Source: Myxococcota bacterium (GTDB taxonomy: Bacteria > Myxococcota_A > Polyangia > Nannocystales > Nannocystaceae). From it: a DNA stretch of 64,000 bases. The notes beneath the pieces are model-generated. The model saw only the letters and a program-made list of their open reading frames with translations, did not search any database and had not been told where the DNA came from. Shown here in pieces: positions 41,258 to 50,524 of the stretch. A program made the position numbers and the translations under genes. Every line of letters starts with the position of its first letter. The first letter of the stretch is position 1. The stretch lies in NCBI GenBank assembly GCA_039028615.1, contig JBCCHT010000005.1, positions 64,001-128,000 on the forward strand. Reading direction: 5' to 3'.

Positions 41258-43371
41258 GGTCCCAGCCCTCCCATCAGGGCCAGCGAAGAGGCTTCGCTGA
41301 GGGTGCCCAGGGTCTGCGAGACCGTCTGCTCGGGGTGGCGCTCGTGGGCGAAGCGGGTGTTGTTCCAGCGTCGGCCCTCGAGCACCAGGCGGCCTTCGGG
41401 ATCGATGGACGCGGAGCGAACTCGCCGTCCCGGCCATCGCAGGACGCGGTAGCGGCCGCGGCCGTCCCACAGCACGCGCGCGGTGCTGCCGTCGTCGAAT
41501 TCGACCTCGACCTCGACCGGGATGATCATCTCGCCCGCTCGGTGCACGACCACCACGGCCTCGAGCTGCTCGTCGGAGCGCGAGTCTTCCTCGGTACGCT
41601 CGGGCGGGTCGCCGCCGACCAAGGCTCCGTGCTCGTCGCGGTGCCAGCCCGCATCGCCCTGCGCGGGCCGGTTGGTGACCTTGTGGACCCGGAAGTCCAC
41701 CGTCTTGGTGCTGCGCAGGGCTTGCTCGAAGTACTCGGGGATCGAAAGCGTGATCGGCTGGTCGTCGTCGGTACGCCCGAGCACCACGTGCTCGCCCAGC
41801 TCTCGTACGAAGGTGCCCTCGAGGTCGGCCCCCCGAGGGTGGCGGAAGCGAAACTCGTCGGCGTAGCGCCGCATGGTGTGGTCGAAGGCCTCGGCCCCCA
41901 GCACCCGTCGCAGGGTCAGCATGATGGCCGCCGTCTTGCGGTAGGTCAGCGAGCCGTACTGCCCCACGAGAGGGGTGAAGCGATTGGCGGGCTGATCGAC
42001 GGGCTGCAGCGGCCCGCCCGGCTTCATGTCCAGGCGCAGGCCGTCGTATAGCCCCAGCTCGTGGCCCGCGAACCGAGCCAGCCAGGGCCCGTGGGCGTCG
42101 TCGGGGCCGTGCCAGTCCACGTAGACCAGCATGTTCGAGAAGGTATTGAGGCCTTCGTCGAGCCAAGGCTGGCTGAACTCGTCGGAGGCGAGCAGGCCCT
42201 GGAAGTACTGATGCCCGAACTCGTGGATGGTGGTGAACTCGCCCCCGACGCGGTGGTCGAAGCCCAGCGCGCGCAGGGTGGGCGGCAGGTGGTACGGGGC
42301 GCTGGTCGTATAGAAGGTGGGGTACTCCATGCCCCCGGCCCCGCCCGCGCCCTCGGGGGGGTCGATGAGGGTGATGGTCGACCAGGGGTAGGGCCCGAAT
42401 CGCGCCTCCATGCTCTCGAGCGCGGCACGCTGGGCGGCGAGGTGGGCCGAGGCATCGGCGGCGCGCTCTTCGGGGACCAGGGCGCGGATGCGGATGCCCT
42501 CGTAGTCGTCCCACGCCTCGAACAGGTCGGGCCCGGCCGTCCACGCGAAGTCGTGCACCATCTCGGCGCGGTAGTGCAGCAGCTGGCGGCTGCCCTCGGT
42601 GGTGCTCGAGACCAGGATGCCGCTGGCGCCCGCCACCAGATCGGCGGGCAGGTCCAGGTGCACCTCGTAGTGGCCGAAGTCGGCGTAGAACTCGCTGTAG
42701 AGCGTGAAGGGGTGAGCCCGCCAGCTGCCGTCGGCATGCAGTACGCCCGGCTTGGGGAACCACTGGCCGGCCATCACGAAGCGCCCGGAAAAGCCGGTCC
42801 GGGCGAAAACCTCCGGGAACTGGGTGACGAACGCGATCTCGAACTCGACCGCTTGCCCCGGGTCCACGGGGGTATCGAGGCTCACCGTCATCAGCGAGGG
42901 CTCGTCCGCTTCGCGGTGGGTGAGGGGCGTGCGGGCCGGGTTGCCGTCGCTGCCGATGCCTTGCAGTCGCTCCACCGTCTCGATGTCGATGTAGCCCCAG
43001 GGGTTGTCTTCGCTCTGACCGTGCGCCCGGTGGCTGCCTCGACCCTGACGCATCCAGGCCGTGTCCTCGGCTCGGAATCCGTTCATGTACAGGTGGAACG
43101 GAATCTCGTGGACGGGGGCGGGACCGTTGTTGCGCCAGGTGATGTGGGCGCGGCCTTCGACGCGGTGCTCTTCTTCGTCGTAGCGGGCGTCGATCTCGTA
43201 GTCGACGACGCGCGCGGACGCGGGGACCTTGCCCGACGCCGCGGCCGGTCGCAGCGCCTCGGTCGGCTCGGGCACGGGCTCGCTGGGCGGCGGGGCCTCG
43301 GCCGGGCAGGCGGCGCTGGCCAGCGTCGCCGCGGCCGCCAAGACTCGTGCACCCCGTCGGATGCGCCCCAC
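41254..43371 (-). CDS. M1 family zinc aminopeptidase, probable lipoprotein
   Basis: Lipobox SAAC; GGMEYP, HEFGHQYF...WLDEG, catalytic Y (TYRK); GTG start inferred. Confidence 0.92.
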   Translation of the reverse strand: MGRIRRGARVLAAAATLASAACPAEAPPPSEPVPEPTEALRPAAASGKVPASARVVDYEIDARYDEEEHRVEGRAHITWRNNGPAPVHEIPFHLYMNGFRAEDTAWMRQGRGSHRAHGQSEDNPWGYIDIETVERLQGIGSDGNPARTPLTHREADEPSLMTVSLDTPVDPGQAVEFEIAFVTQFPEVFARTGFSGRFVMAGQWFPKPGVLHADGSWRAHPFTLYSEFYADFGHYEVHLDLPADLVAGASGILVSSTTEGSRQLLHYRAEMVHDFAWTAGPDLFEAWDDYEGIRIRALVPEERAADASAHLAAQRAALESMEARFGPYPWSTITLIDPPEGAGGAGGMEYPTFYTTSAPYHLPPTLRALGFDHRVGGEFTTIHEFGHQYFQGLLASDEFSQPWLDEGLNTFSNMLVYVDWHGPDDAHGPWLARFAGHELGLYDGLRLDMKPGGPLQPVDQPANRFTPLVGQYGSLTYRKTAAIMLTLRRVLGAEAFDHTMRRYADEFRFRHPRGADLEGTFVRELGEHVVLGRTDDDQPITLSIPEYFEQALRSTKTVDFRVHKVTNRPAQGDAGWHRDEHGALVGGDPPERTEEDSRSDEQLEAVVVVHRAGEMIIPVEVEVEFDDGSTARVLWDGRGRYRVLRWPGRRVRSASIDPEGRLVLEGRRWNNTRFAHERHPEQTVSQTLGTLSEASSLALMGGLGP

Positions 43372-43485
43372 GGTCTCCCGGAGGGATCGGTCCTGATGGA
43401 TCGCCCGCAGTCTCACGTGCTCGATGCGTACACCGTGGCCGTCCAACGAGCAACGGATCGCGATGCAGGCTACGCTGCGGCGTCC

Positions 43486-44007
43486 ATGGAGCGGGTCGGT
43501 CTGCACGGTCTCGACGAACGAGGGGTGGCCACCGCCGCCGTCGCGCTGGGAGCGGTGCTGCAGCCCGGTGACGTGCTGTTGCTGGAGGGTCCGATGGGGG
43601 CGGGCAAGACCACGTTCACGCGGGCGCTGGCCGAAGGTCTTGCTGTACGTCGGCCCGAACGAGTGCGAAGTCCCACGTACAACCTGTGCCTGATCCACGA
43701 CGGGCCGCGGCCGCTCGTGCACGTGGATCTCTTTCGTCTCGCGCAGACCGACGAGGGCTCTGCGCCGGTCGGCGAGGCGGCCTTCGAGTCGCTCGGGCTC
43801 GATGCGCTGGGCGAAGGGCTGGGCGGCCCCGAGCCGGTGTTGGTCGTCGAGTGGGCAGACCTGTGGGCGGCCCCACCGGCCGATCACCTACGGATTCGAC
43901 TGCAGCCCGAGCCCGACGATCATCAGCGCAGAACATTGATCGTGAACGCTCACGGGTCGCGAGCCGCCGAGCGACTCGCGGCTTGGCAACCCGCCGCGCC
44001 GGCCTGA
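43486..44007 (+). CDS. tsaE: tRNA threonylcarbamoyladenosine biosynthesis ATPase TsaE
   Basis: LEGPMGAGKTTF, SPTYNL, HVDLFRL, VEWAD; alternative start 43396. Confidence 0.93.
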   Translation: MERVGLHGLDERGVATAAVALGAVLQPGDVLLLEGPMGAGKTTFTRALAEGLAVRRPERVRSPTYNLCLIHDGPRPLVHVDLFRLAQTDEGSAPVGEAAFESLGLDALGEGLGGPEPVLVVEWADLWAAPPADHLRIRLQPEPDDHQRRTLIVNAHGSRAAERLAAWQPAAPA

Positions 44008-44393
44008 TTCGGTTCGGGTGGGCGCCCTCGAGGCGTGGTGTCGGGCGGGCGCCCGGGGCCCCGACGATGGCGGAATGCCCCGATCTCGGCGCTCGGTCCC
44101 GCCCTGGGCAATCCCTGCACACGGCGTGGGCCGGGCCACGCAGCGTCAGGATCCCGCCGCTAGATCTCCGGTTCGACAGGCCCGTTTGGGGCGCGAATTT
44201 CGGGGACGCTGGACGATTTTCGCTTTTCAAGCCCGTCTGGGCGGGTTTATCGTCCGGGCGAGCCGAGCGCTCCGCGGCCCCCGCGGAGCACGCAACCGCG
44301 CTCCCCATCCCAAGAATCACCGCCAGGGTTCCTCCCGGACCCCGGCATCCAAAACACCACGATTAGCGTCAACTCGCTCAGGATCAACAGACC

Positions 44394-44588
44394 ATGGCCA
44401 AAGCGTCCAAGCCCAAGGAAATCGTCGTCGTCGGCTCGAAGGTAAAGGAAGTCATCAAGGAAGCTGGCCTCCGCAGCGACGGCGAGCTCGTCCAAGCCGT
44501 TTCCGACAAGGTTCACGAGCTTCTCGAGGCCGCCATCGAGCGCTGCCAGAGCAACAACCGCAGCACCGTGCGTCCGCACGACCTCTAG
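44394..44588 (+). CDS. Bacterial histone (single histone fold, 64 aa)
   Basis: VVVGSKVKEVIK, long central helix, C-terminal R-C-x-x-N-x-R-S-T-V-R-P-H-D-L (RxTxxxxD signature); AGGA RBS; downstream hairpin. Confidence 0.88.
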   Translation: MAKASKPKEIVVVGSKVKEVIKEAGLRSDGELVQAVSDKVHELLEAAIERCQSNNRSTVRPHDL

Positions 44589-44601
44589 GCGACACGCCAA
44601 C

Positions 44602-44633
44602 GCCGAGCGAGGACGAGCCGTCCTCCGCTCGGC
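44602..44633 (+). terminator. GC-rich hairpin downstream of histone gene
   Basis: GCCGAGCG-AGGACG-agc-CGTCCT-c-CGCTCGGC; no U-tract. Confidence 0.55.
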
Positions 44634-44783
44634 ACCCGAGCCAGGCCGTCACGCGAACTTCCGCGTGGCGGCCTCGTTCGTTCCCGGGCGTTGTCCGTGC
44701 AGGCCCGGTCGCACCCCGGACGCACGCCACAATCGCGGTTTGCGGTGTATCTGGGAGGTGTCCAGGGCGTATCCTTGGCAGCG

Positions 44784-45500
44784 ATGAACCTCCGGGACGC
44801 CGTGCTGAAAGCCGCCAGCAACTACCTCCGTACTCATCCCGAAGAGCTGTCGCGGATCCTCCGCAACGCGATGGGCCTGCGGTTTGGTGTTCCGATCGCC
44901 GGGTTGCGCTGGCTGGCCGCCAACGGCGGAGACGGTGGTCCCGAAGACGTCGAGATCGACCCCTGTCCGCCGGGCATCCGCATCGGCGCCACGGTCGAGC
45001 TGATGGGCACCAACGTCCGCGCCGTCACCATCCTCTACATCGAGCGCATTCGGATGTCGGCCGAGGAGCTTCGGCTCGAGGTTCGCCTGGAAGACACGAA
45101 GATGACGGTGCTCGGCGATGCCGAGTCCCCGGTGGCGGCGCTCATCAAGTCGGGCGCGCTCGACCTCACCAAAAGCGGCAATCTCGCGGCGCACCTGCCC
45201 GGGCTGTCCCGGCTGCTGGGCGAGTCCACGGGCAACCGGCTGGTCATCGATCTCATGAAGCACCCCGTCCTGGGCAAGAACCGGGTGGCCCGTCGGGTGC
45301 TCGGCTTGGTCTCCTCGTTCGTCACCGTGCACGGGGTCGAGTCCGACGAGGGGCACCTGGACGTCTTGATGCGGGCCTTCCCCCGCGGCATGGGCGGAGC
45401 AGCCCGGGCCGTGCGGGACCACGTGTTCACCGATGGCCCTCCGTGGATTCGGGGGATGCTTCCGGGCCGGAGCAACGGCGAGCCCCGTCGCGGGTACTGA
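44784..45500 (+). CDS. Conserved hypothetical protein
   Basis: Protein-like composition from ATG 44784; TATCCT 8 nt upstream; no motif recognised. Confidence 0.7.
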   Translation: MNLRDAVLKAASNYLRTHPEELSRILRNAMGLRFGVPIAGLRWLAANGGDGGPEDVEIDPCPPGIRIGATVELMGTNVRAVTILYIERIRMSAEELRLEVRLEDTKMTVLGDAESPVAALIKSGALDLTKSGNLAAHLPGLSRLLGESTGNRLVIDLMKHPVLGKNRVARRVLGLVSSFVTVHGVESDEGHLDVLMRAFPRGMGGAARAVRDHVFTDGPPWIRGMLPGRSNGEPRRGY

Positions 45501-45649
45501 CCCGTCCGGTGCGATCTCGGCCGGGGCGCAGCGGGCCTCGGGCGGCCGAAACGGCAGCTCGGGACGGCTTCCGCGACCGTCGCCGTTTGCCCGCAATTCA
45601 TCGCTCAGAGCCACTCTTTGGCCCGATTGCGGGCTCCTCGGCGGCCACC

Positions 45650-45679
45650 TTGACGCGGCTCGTCGGGCCCTGCTAAGAG
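45650..45679 (+). promoter_or_regulatory. Sigma70-type promoter of tRNA-Pro
   Basis: TTGACG-N18-TAAGAG with TG extended -10, 12 nt before the tRNA. Confidence 0.5.
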
Positions 45680-45691
45680 GCCGCTCCCCAT

Positions 45692-45766
<75 letters not shown>

Positions 45767-45777
45767 AGGACTCTCCC

Positions 45778-45816
45778 CCGCGGTGACCGACAAAGTTCCC
45801 GACACGGTCACCGCGG
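45778..45816. terminator. Hairpin downstream of tRNA
   Basis: Perfect 12-bp inverted repeat CCGCGGTGACCG-N15-CGGTCACCGCGG. Confidence 0.55.
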
Positions 45817-45956
45817 AACGGAGAAACCCATTCACACGCGGCCGACGACGGTCGAGCTTCGGGCGCTGAGCGCCACGGCTCGCACGCTGCCTCCGCTGCG
45901 TCGTGGCGCGGACGAGGCTGGGCAGCGCCAGCGCCAATTCCACGGGCGGCTGCGGC

Positions 45957-47156
45957 TCAGATGACGACGGCGAGTCGGGTCTGACCCACGGAGAACTCGT
46001 CTTCACCGCCGAGTTCGACGGGCGCCTCGATGACCGCATCGTTGACCCGCACGGTGCCGTCGCCGGTCAGCGGTCGCAGGTGCGGGCGGTTGGGCACGCC
46101 GCTCCACTCGAGCACGGCGTGGACGCGGGGCACGGCGTCGTCGCGCAGCTTGATCTCGCAGCGTCGGCCGCTGCCGATGCGGTAGCTGCCGGGTAGGAAC
46201 AGCTGCTCCACGACCTCGTCGTCGGGCGTGAGCATGCGGAGCTTGGCGGCGACCGGGATGTCCATGTCGCGGTGCAGCACCAGGCCCAGGACGTTGGCGA
46301 AGGCCCCCGCGTTGGGCGGCCGGGCCTCGGGGTCCTTGTCGAGCGCCCGGGCGATGCCGCTGACCAGCGAGTCGGGCAGATCCTTGCAACCCTCGCACTG
46401 CCGGATCGGCGTCGGAGGCGTCTGCGCGTGGGCTTTGAGCCACTCGGTGGGGTTGTGGCGCAGCTGCTCCTTGAGCTCCAGCAAGGGGATGCCGGGGAAG
46501 AAGGGGCTGCGACCGGACAGCAGCTCGAACAGGATGGTGGCCAGGCTGTAGACGTCGCTGGCCGGGGTGAGCACGCGGGTGCGCAGCTGCTCGGGCTGCG
46601 AGTAGTGCGGCGTGCCCACGACCATGTGGTTCTCGGTGGCGTTGACCCCGACCACCGGGCTGCCGTCCCACGATCGCGCGAGACCAAAATCGAGCATTTT
46701 GATCTTGCCGTCGCGCTCGATGAAGATGTTCTCGGGTTTGACGTCGCGATGCACCACGCCCATGGCGTGGGCCTCGGCCAGACCGAGGCACGCCTGGTGG
46801 ATGATCGTGACCGCCTGCGCAGGGTGAAGCGGTTTGCCGAAGTCGTGCCAGTCGTCGAGCGAGCAACCGCTGAGCAGGTCCATCAACAAGTAGATGTGAC
46901 CGTCGGGTCGCAGGCCGCAATCGAAGGTGCGGACGACGTGGGGGTTGGTCAGCGAGCGGAGGATCGTGATCTCGCGGAGGGCTCGCTGCGCTTCTTCGCC
47001 CGAGTGCACGGGCTCGCGAGTGAGCTTGAGGGCGAGGCGCTGGGGGTAGCCGGGCGATTCGACTTCATAGACGCGAGCGAACGAGCCGACGCCCAAGACA
47101 CCATGGATCTTGATGTTGCCCGCGTAGACGTCCCCGGGCTGGAGATCGAGCGGCAT
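45957..47156 (-). CDS. Cytoplasmic Ser/Thr kinase with C-terminal FHA-like domain
   Basis: GVGSFARVY, ALK, HRDVKPEN, DFG, GTPHYSQPE; tail YRIGS...RVHAVL...VRVN...VGQTRL. Confidence 0.92.
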   Translation of the reverse strand: MPLDLQPGDVYAGNIKIHGVLGVGSFARVYEVESPGYPQRLALKLTREPVHSGEEAQRALREITILRSLTNPHVVRTFDCGLRPDGHIYLLMDLLSGCSLDDWHDFGKPLHPAQAVTIIHQACLGLAEAHAMGVVHRDVKPENIFIERDGKIKMLDFGLARSWDGSPVVGVNATENHMVVGTPHYSQPEQLRTRVLTPASDVYSLATILFELLSGRSPFFPGIPLLELKEQLRHNPTEWLKAHAQTPPTPIRQCEGCKDLPDSLVSGIARALDKDPEARPPNAGAFANVLGLVLHRDMDIPVAAKLRMLTPDDEVVEQLFLPGSYRIGSGRRCEIKLRDDAVPRVHAVLEWSGVPNRPHLRPLTGDGTVRVNDAVIEAPVELGGEDEFSVGQTRLAVVI

Positions 47157-47221
47157 GTGCAGTACCAGTGGCTCCCGGCCGCGAACTTACCATCGTTTTT
47201 GCGCGTCGGCCTTTTGTCGCC

Positions 47222-48001
47222 ATGTCTGATCCCTCGGTCCTCGTTCCTCTGTCTAGCCTGGCCCCCACGGAGCGAAACGCCCGGCTGGCTCCGATCCGCA
47301 TGGTCGCCACCGACGTGGACGGAACCCTGACCCGGGGTCGTGCCCTCGATCCGGCCGTCGTTCGCGTCATCGCCGCGCTGACGGAGGCGGGCGTTCGGGT
47401 CCTGCCCATCAGCGGTCGGCCGACCGGGGAGGTGCTCGGATTGTGTCGCTATCTGCCGGGAGTCGACCATGCAATCTCGGAAAATGGGCTGTTCGAGGTC
47501 GTGCCCGATGTCGCCCCGCGGTGGCTGTTGCCCCCGACCGATCGGCAGGCACTGATGGCGGTCGGCGACCGACTCAACGAGGAACACGGCGCGGGCTTGG
47601 TGCTCACCGCCGACCATCCCTTCCGACTCGGCGACGTCGCCTACGAACGTGAAGGTCGCGACCCCCAGGTGCTCACGGAGTTGCGCACCAAGGCGGCCGA
47701 CCTCGGGGTGTGCCTGGTGTGGTCGAGCGTGCACATCCACCTGACCCCGCGGCCGCCCGACAAAGGCGAGGGCTTGCTTCGTTTTGCGGCGGACCATGGT
47801 CTAGACCCCGCGACGATTCTCACGATTGGCGACGCGCCCAACGACGAAGGGTTGTTCGTCGGCGGTCGCTTCGGAGTGACGGTGGGCACAGCCGACGTAC
47901 CGTCGCAGCGCGACGCCTTCGAGTCCCTACCGACTTATGTCACTGACGAACGAGAGGCCGATGGCTTTCTTCAGGTAGCGGCCGCGCTCCTCGACCGGTA
48001 G
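47222..48001 (+). CDS. HAD superfamily (IIB-like) hydrolase
   Basis: DVDGTLT, SGR, SENG, DKG, IGDAPND. Confidence 0.9.
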   Translation: MSDPSVLVPLSSLAPTERNARLAPIRMVATDVDGTLTRGRALDPAVVRVIAALTEAGVRVLPISGRPTGEVLGLCRYLPGVDHAISENGLFEVVPDVAPRWLLPPTDRQALMAVGDRLNEEHGAGLVLTADHPFRLGDVAYEREGRDPQVLTELRTKAADLGVCLVWSSVHIHLTPRPPDKGEGLLRFAADHGLDPATILTIGDAPNDEGLFVGGRFGVTVGTADVPSQRDAFESLPTYVTDEREADGFLQVAAALLDR

Positions 48002-48046
48002 GCTGCCGAGCGACGCAAATGGTGCGTCGTAGGAGTCGTTTTCGAC

Positions 48047-49156
48047 ATGCAGATTGGCGTCCCTAAAGAGACCAAGACCCACGAGTACCGCGTGGGAATC
48101 AACCCCGAAGGGGTCCGACGATTGGTGGCTGCGGGTCATCAGGTGAAGGTGGAGACCGGGGCGGGCGTAAGCTCCGGTTTCTCCGACGAGACCTTCACCA
48201 AAGTCGGGGCCACGATTGCCAAAGGCGCGGCCGATGCCTGGTCGGCCGACATGGTCATCAAGGTCAAGGAGCCCTTGCCCTCGGAGTTCCAGTACTTCCG
48301 TGAAGGCCTGCTGCTCTACACGTATCTGCACCTCGCGGCCTTCCCCGAGCTGACCAAGGAGCTGCTCGACAAGAAGGTCAGCGGGGTGGCCTACGAGACC
48401 ATCACCGACAAGGCGGGGGCGCTGCCCTTGCTGCGCCCGATGAGCGAGATCGCCGGGCGCATGGCGTCGCAGGTCGGTGCCGCGTGTCTCGAGCGAGAGA
48501 AGGGTGGCAAGGGCCTGTTGCTCGGCGGCATGCCTGGCACCCGTCGCGGTCGCGTCGTGATCCTCGGTGGCGGCATCGTCGGCACCGCGGCCGCCCGCAT
48601 CGCCATTGGCCTCGGGGCCAAGGTGACGGTGATGGACGTCAACGCCGACCGCATGCACTACCTCGAGGACGTGTTCGGCAACAGCATCGAGACCCTGTAC
48701 TCGACGACCGGCGCGATCGAAGAAGAGGTGGCGCGAGCCGACCTCGTGATCGGGGCCGTGCTGCTGCCCGGCGCTGCCGCGCCGAAGCTCGTCGACCGCA
48801 ACCACCTCAAGACCATGGAGGACGGCTCCGTGGTGGTCGACGTCGCCGTCGACCAAGGCGGCTGCATCGCCACCTGTCGGCCCACCACGCACGACAAGCC
48901 GACCTTCGTGGAAGAGGGGGTGGTGCACTACTGCGTGGCCAACATGCCGGGCGCGGTGCCGCAGACCTCCACCACCGCGCTGACCAACGCGACGCTGCCG
49001 TGGGCGGTCGAGCTGGCCAACAAGGGCGTCGTCGAAGCAGCGCGAAGCTCGGTGCACCTGGCGCGAGGACTGAACACCCATCGGGGAGCGTGTGTGTGCG
49101 CACCCGTGGCCGAGGCCCATGGCCTCGAGTCCGTCGCCCTCGAAACGTTGCTCTGA
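48047..49156 (+). CDS. ald: Alanine dehydrogenase
   Basis: IGVPKE.K..EYRV, KVKEP, YLHLA, PMSEIAGR, GGGIVG, DVAVDQGGC, HYCVANMPGAVP.TST.AL.NAT. Confidence 0.97.
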   Translation: MQIGVPKETKTHEYRVGINPEGVRRLVAAGHQVKVETGAGVSSGFSDETFTKVGATIAKGAADAWSADMVIKVKEPLPSEFQYFREGLLLYTYLHLAAFPELTKELLDKKVSGVAYETITDKAGALPLLRPMSEIAGRMASQVGAACLEREKGGKGLLLGGMPGTRRGRVVILGGGIVGTAAARIAIGLGAKVTVMDVNADRMHYLEDVFGNSIETLYSTTGAIEEEVARADLVIGAVLLPGAAAPKLVDRNHLKTMEDGSVVVDVAVDQGGCIATCRPTTHDKPTFVEEGVVHYCVANMPGAVPQTSTTALTNATLPWAVELANKGVVEAARSSVHLARGLNTHRGACVCAPVAEAHGLESVALETLL

Positions 49157-49161
49157 GTCGG

Positions 49162-49206
49162 CGATGCTCTTGCGCCCTCGAATTCGTTCGAGGGCGCAAC
49201 GCATCG
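49162..49206 (+). terminator. Strong hairpin after ald
   Basis: 13-bp perfect stem TTGCGCCCTCGAA/TTCGAGGGCGCAA with TTCG loop, extended by CGATGC/GCATCG. Confidence 0.65.
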
Positions 49207-49315
49207 GGTGACACCGCCGGGCGCTGGGCTGGGTCCAACGAACGCGTGCATGGGCCGGGGCCTATGGCGCATTCTGCGGCTCGTGCTAAGGGAGCCTCGA
49301 GCACCGGTGTTGCCC

Positions 49316-50524
49316 ATGACCTCTGACCCAACCCGTTATCGCCGTAGTTCGGCTCTGCTGGGTTTCCTGCTGCTGTTGGCTGCACCTGCGTGTGGGCCGA
49401 TGGGGCGGGCCGACGCCTCCGATCGTGGTTCTGAAAAGAGCGACGATGAAGAGGAGATCCCGACGCCCATCGTCTCGGCCCGGGTGTTCCGCGGAGAGAT
49501 AAGCGCGGCGATCAAGGCCACGAGCACCATCGAGGCCGAACAACAGGTCACGGTGCACGCCGAGTCGACCGGTCGCATCACCAAGCTGGGCTCCGAAGAG
49601 GGCGACCAAGTCAAAAAGGGACAGCAGCTCGCGCGCATCAAGCAGGACCTCCAGCGCAACGCGCTCGGTCGGGCCTCCACCTCGCTGGCGCAGACGCAGC
49701 GCGACCTCGACAAGGTCCGGGCCTTGGTCGAGCGCGGCGTGGCCTCGCAAGACGAGCTCATCACCGCCGAGCGGGCCTTCGAGATGGCCCAGCTCGACGT
49801 TCGCGACCGCAAGCGGGACGTCAGCAACACCAAGGTGCTCGCGCCCTTCGCCGGCACGGTGACCGAGCGCTTCGTCTCCGAGGGCGCCTTCGTCTCCGCG
49901 GGCGCGCAAATCCTCTCCATCGTCGACTTCGACACGCTGGTCGCTCGGGTCTATGTCCCCGAAAAAGAGCTCGACCGGCTCGAGGTCGGCCAAGACGCGG
50001 CCATCGTGGGCAAGGCAGCCCGCGGCCGCAAAGGCATCGGCGAGCTCCGGCGCATCGCTCCCATCGTCGATGCCACCACGGGCACGGTGAAGCTGACCAT
50101 CGGCTTGCCCTCCGAGCTGGTGGGTGGCGATTCGGGCTTTTTGCCCGGCATGTACGCCGAAGTCACGCTCACCACCGAGGTGCGGGCGGATGCCGTATTG
50201 GTGCCGAAGCAAGCCCTCGTCTACGACGAGGAACAACCCTTCGTGTTCGTCGTCGACGGTGAGCGAGTCGAGCGGGTCTCGGTCACCCTCGGTCTGACCG
50301 ACGCCGACCGAGCCGAGGTCGTCGAAGGCGTCTCGGTCGGTGACGAGATCGTCTTGACCGGGCACGCGGGCCTCAAGGGTGGTGGACTCATCACCCGGGT
50401 CGACACCAACGGAGAGCCCGTCGAAGGACCCGACGCCGCGCCCAAGGCCACCGATGCGCCGGCCGACGGCAAGACCCAACCCGAGGCCGACTCGAAGCAG
50501 TCGCCGAACGAAGAGGGCGCATGA
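49316..50524 (+). CDS. RND efflux periplasmic adaptor (membrane fusion protein), lipoprotein
   Basis: Lipobox APAC; EEGDQVKKGQ.L, APFAGTV, PGMYA, VP..AL. Confidence 0.93.
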   Translation: MTSDPTRYRRSSALLGFLLLLAAPACGPMGRADASDRGSEKSDDEEEIPTPIVSARVFRGEISAAIKATSTIEAEQQVTVHAESTGRITKLGSEEGDQVKKGQQLARIKQDLQRNALGRASTSLAQTQRDLDKVRALVERGVASQDELITAERAFEMAQLDVRDRKRDVSNTKVLAPFAGTVTERFVSEGAFVSAGAQILSIVDFDTLVARVYVPEKELDRLEVGQDAAIVGKAARGRKGIGELRRIAPIVDATTGTVKLTIGLPSELVGGDSGFLPGMYAEVTLTTEVRADAVLVPKQALVYDEEQPFVFVVDGERVERVSVTLGLTDADRAEVVEGVSVGDEIVLTGHAGLKGGGLITRVDTNGEPVEGPDAAPKATDAPADGKTQPEADSKQSPNEEGA

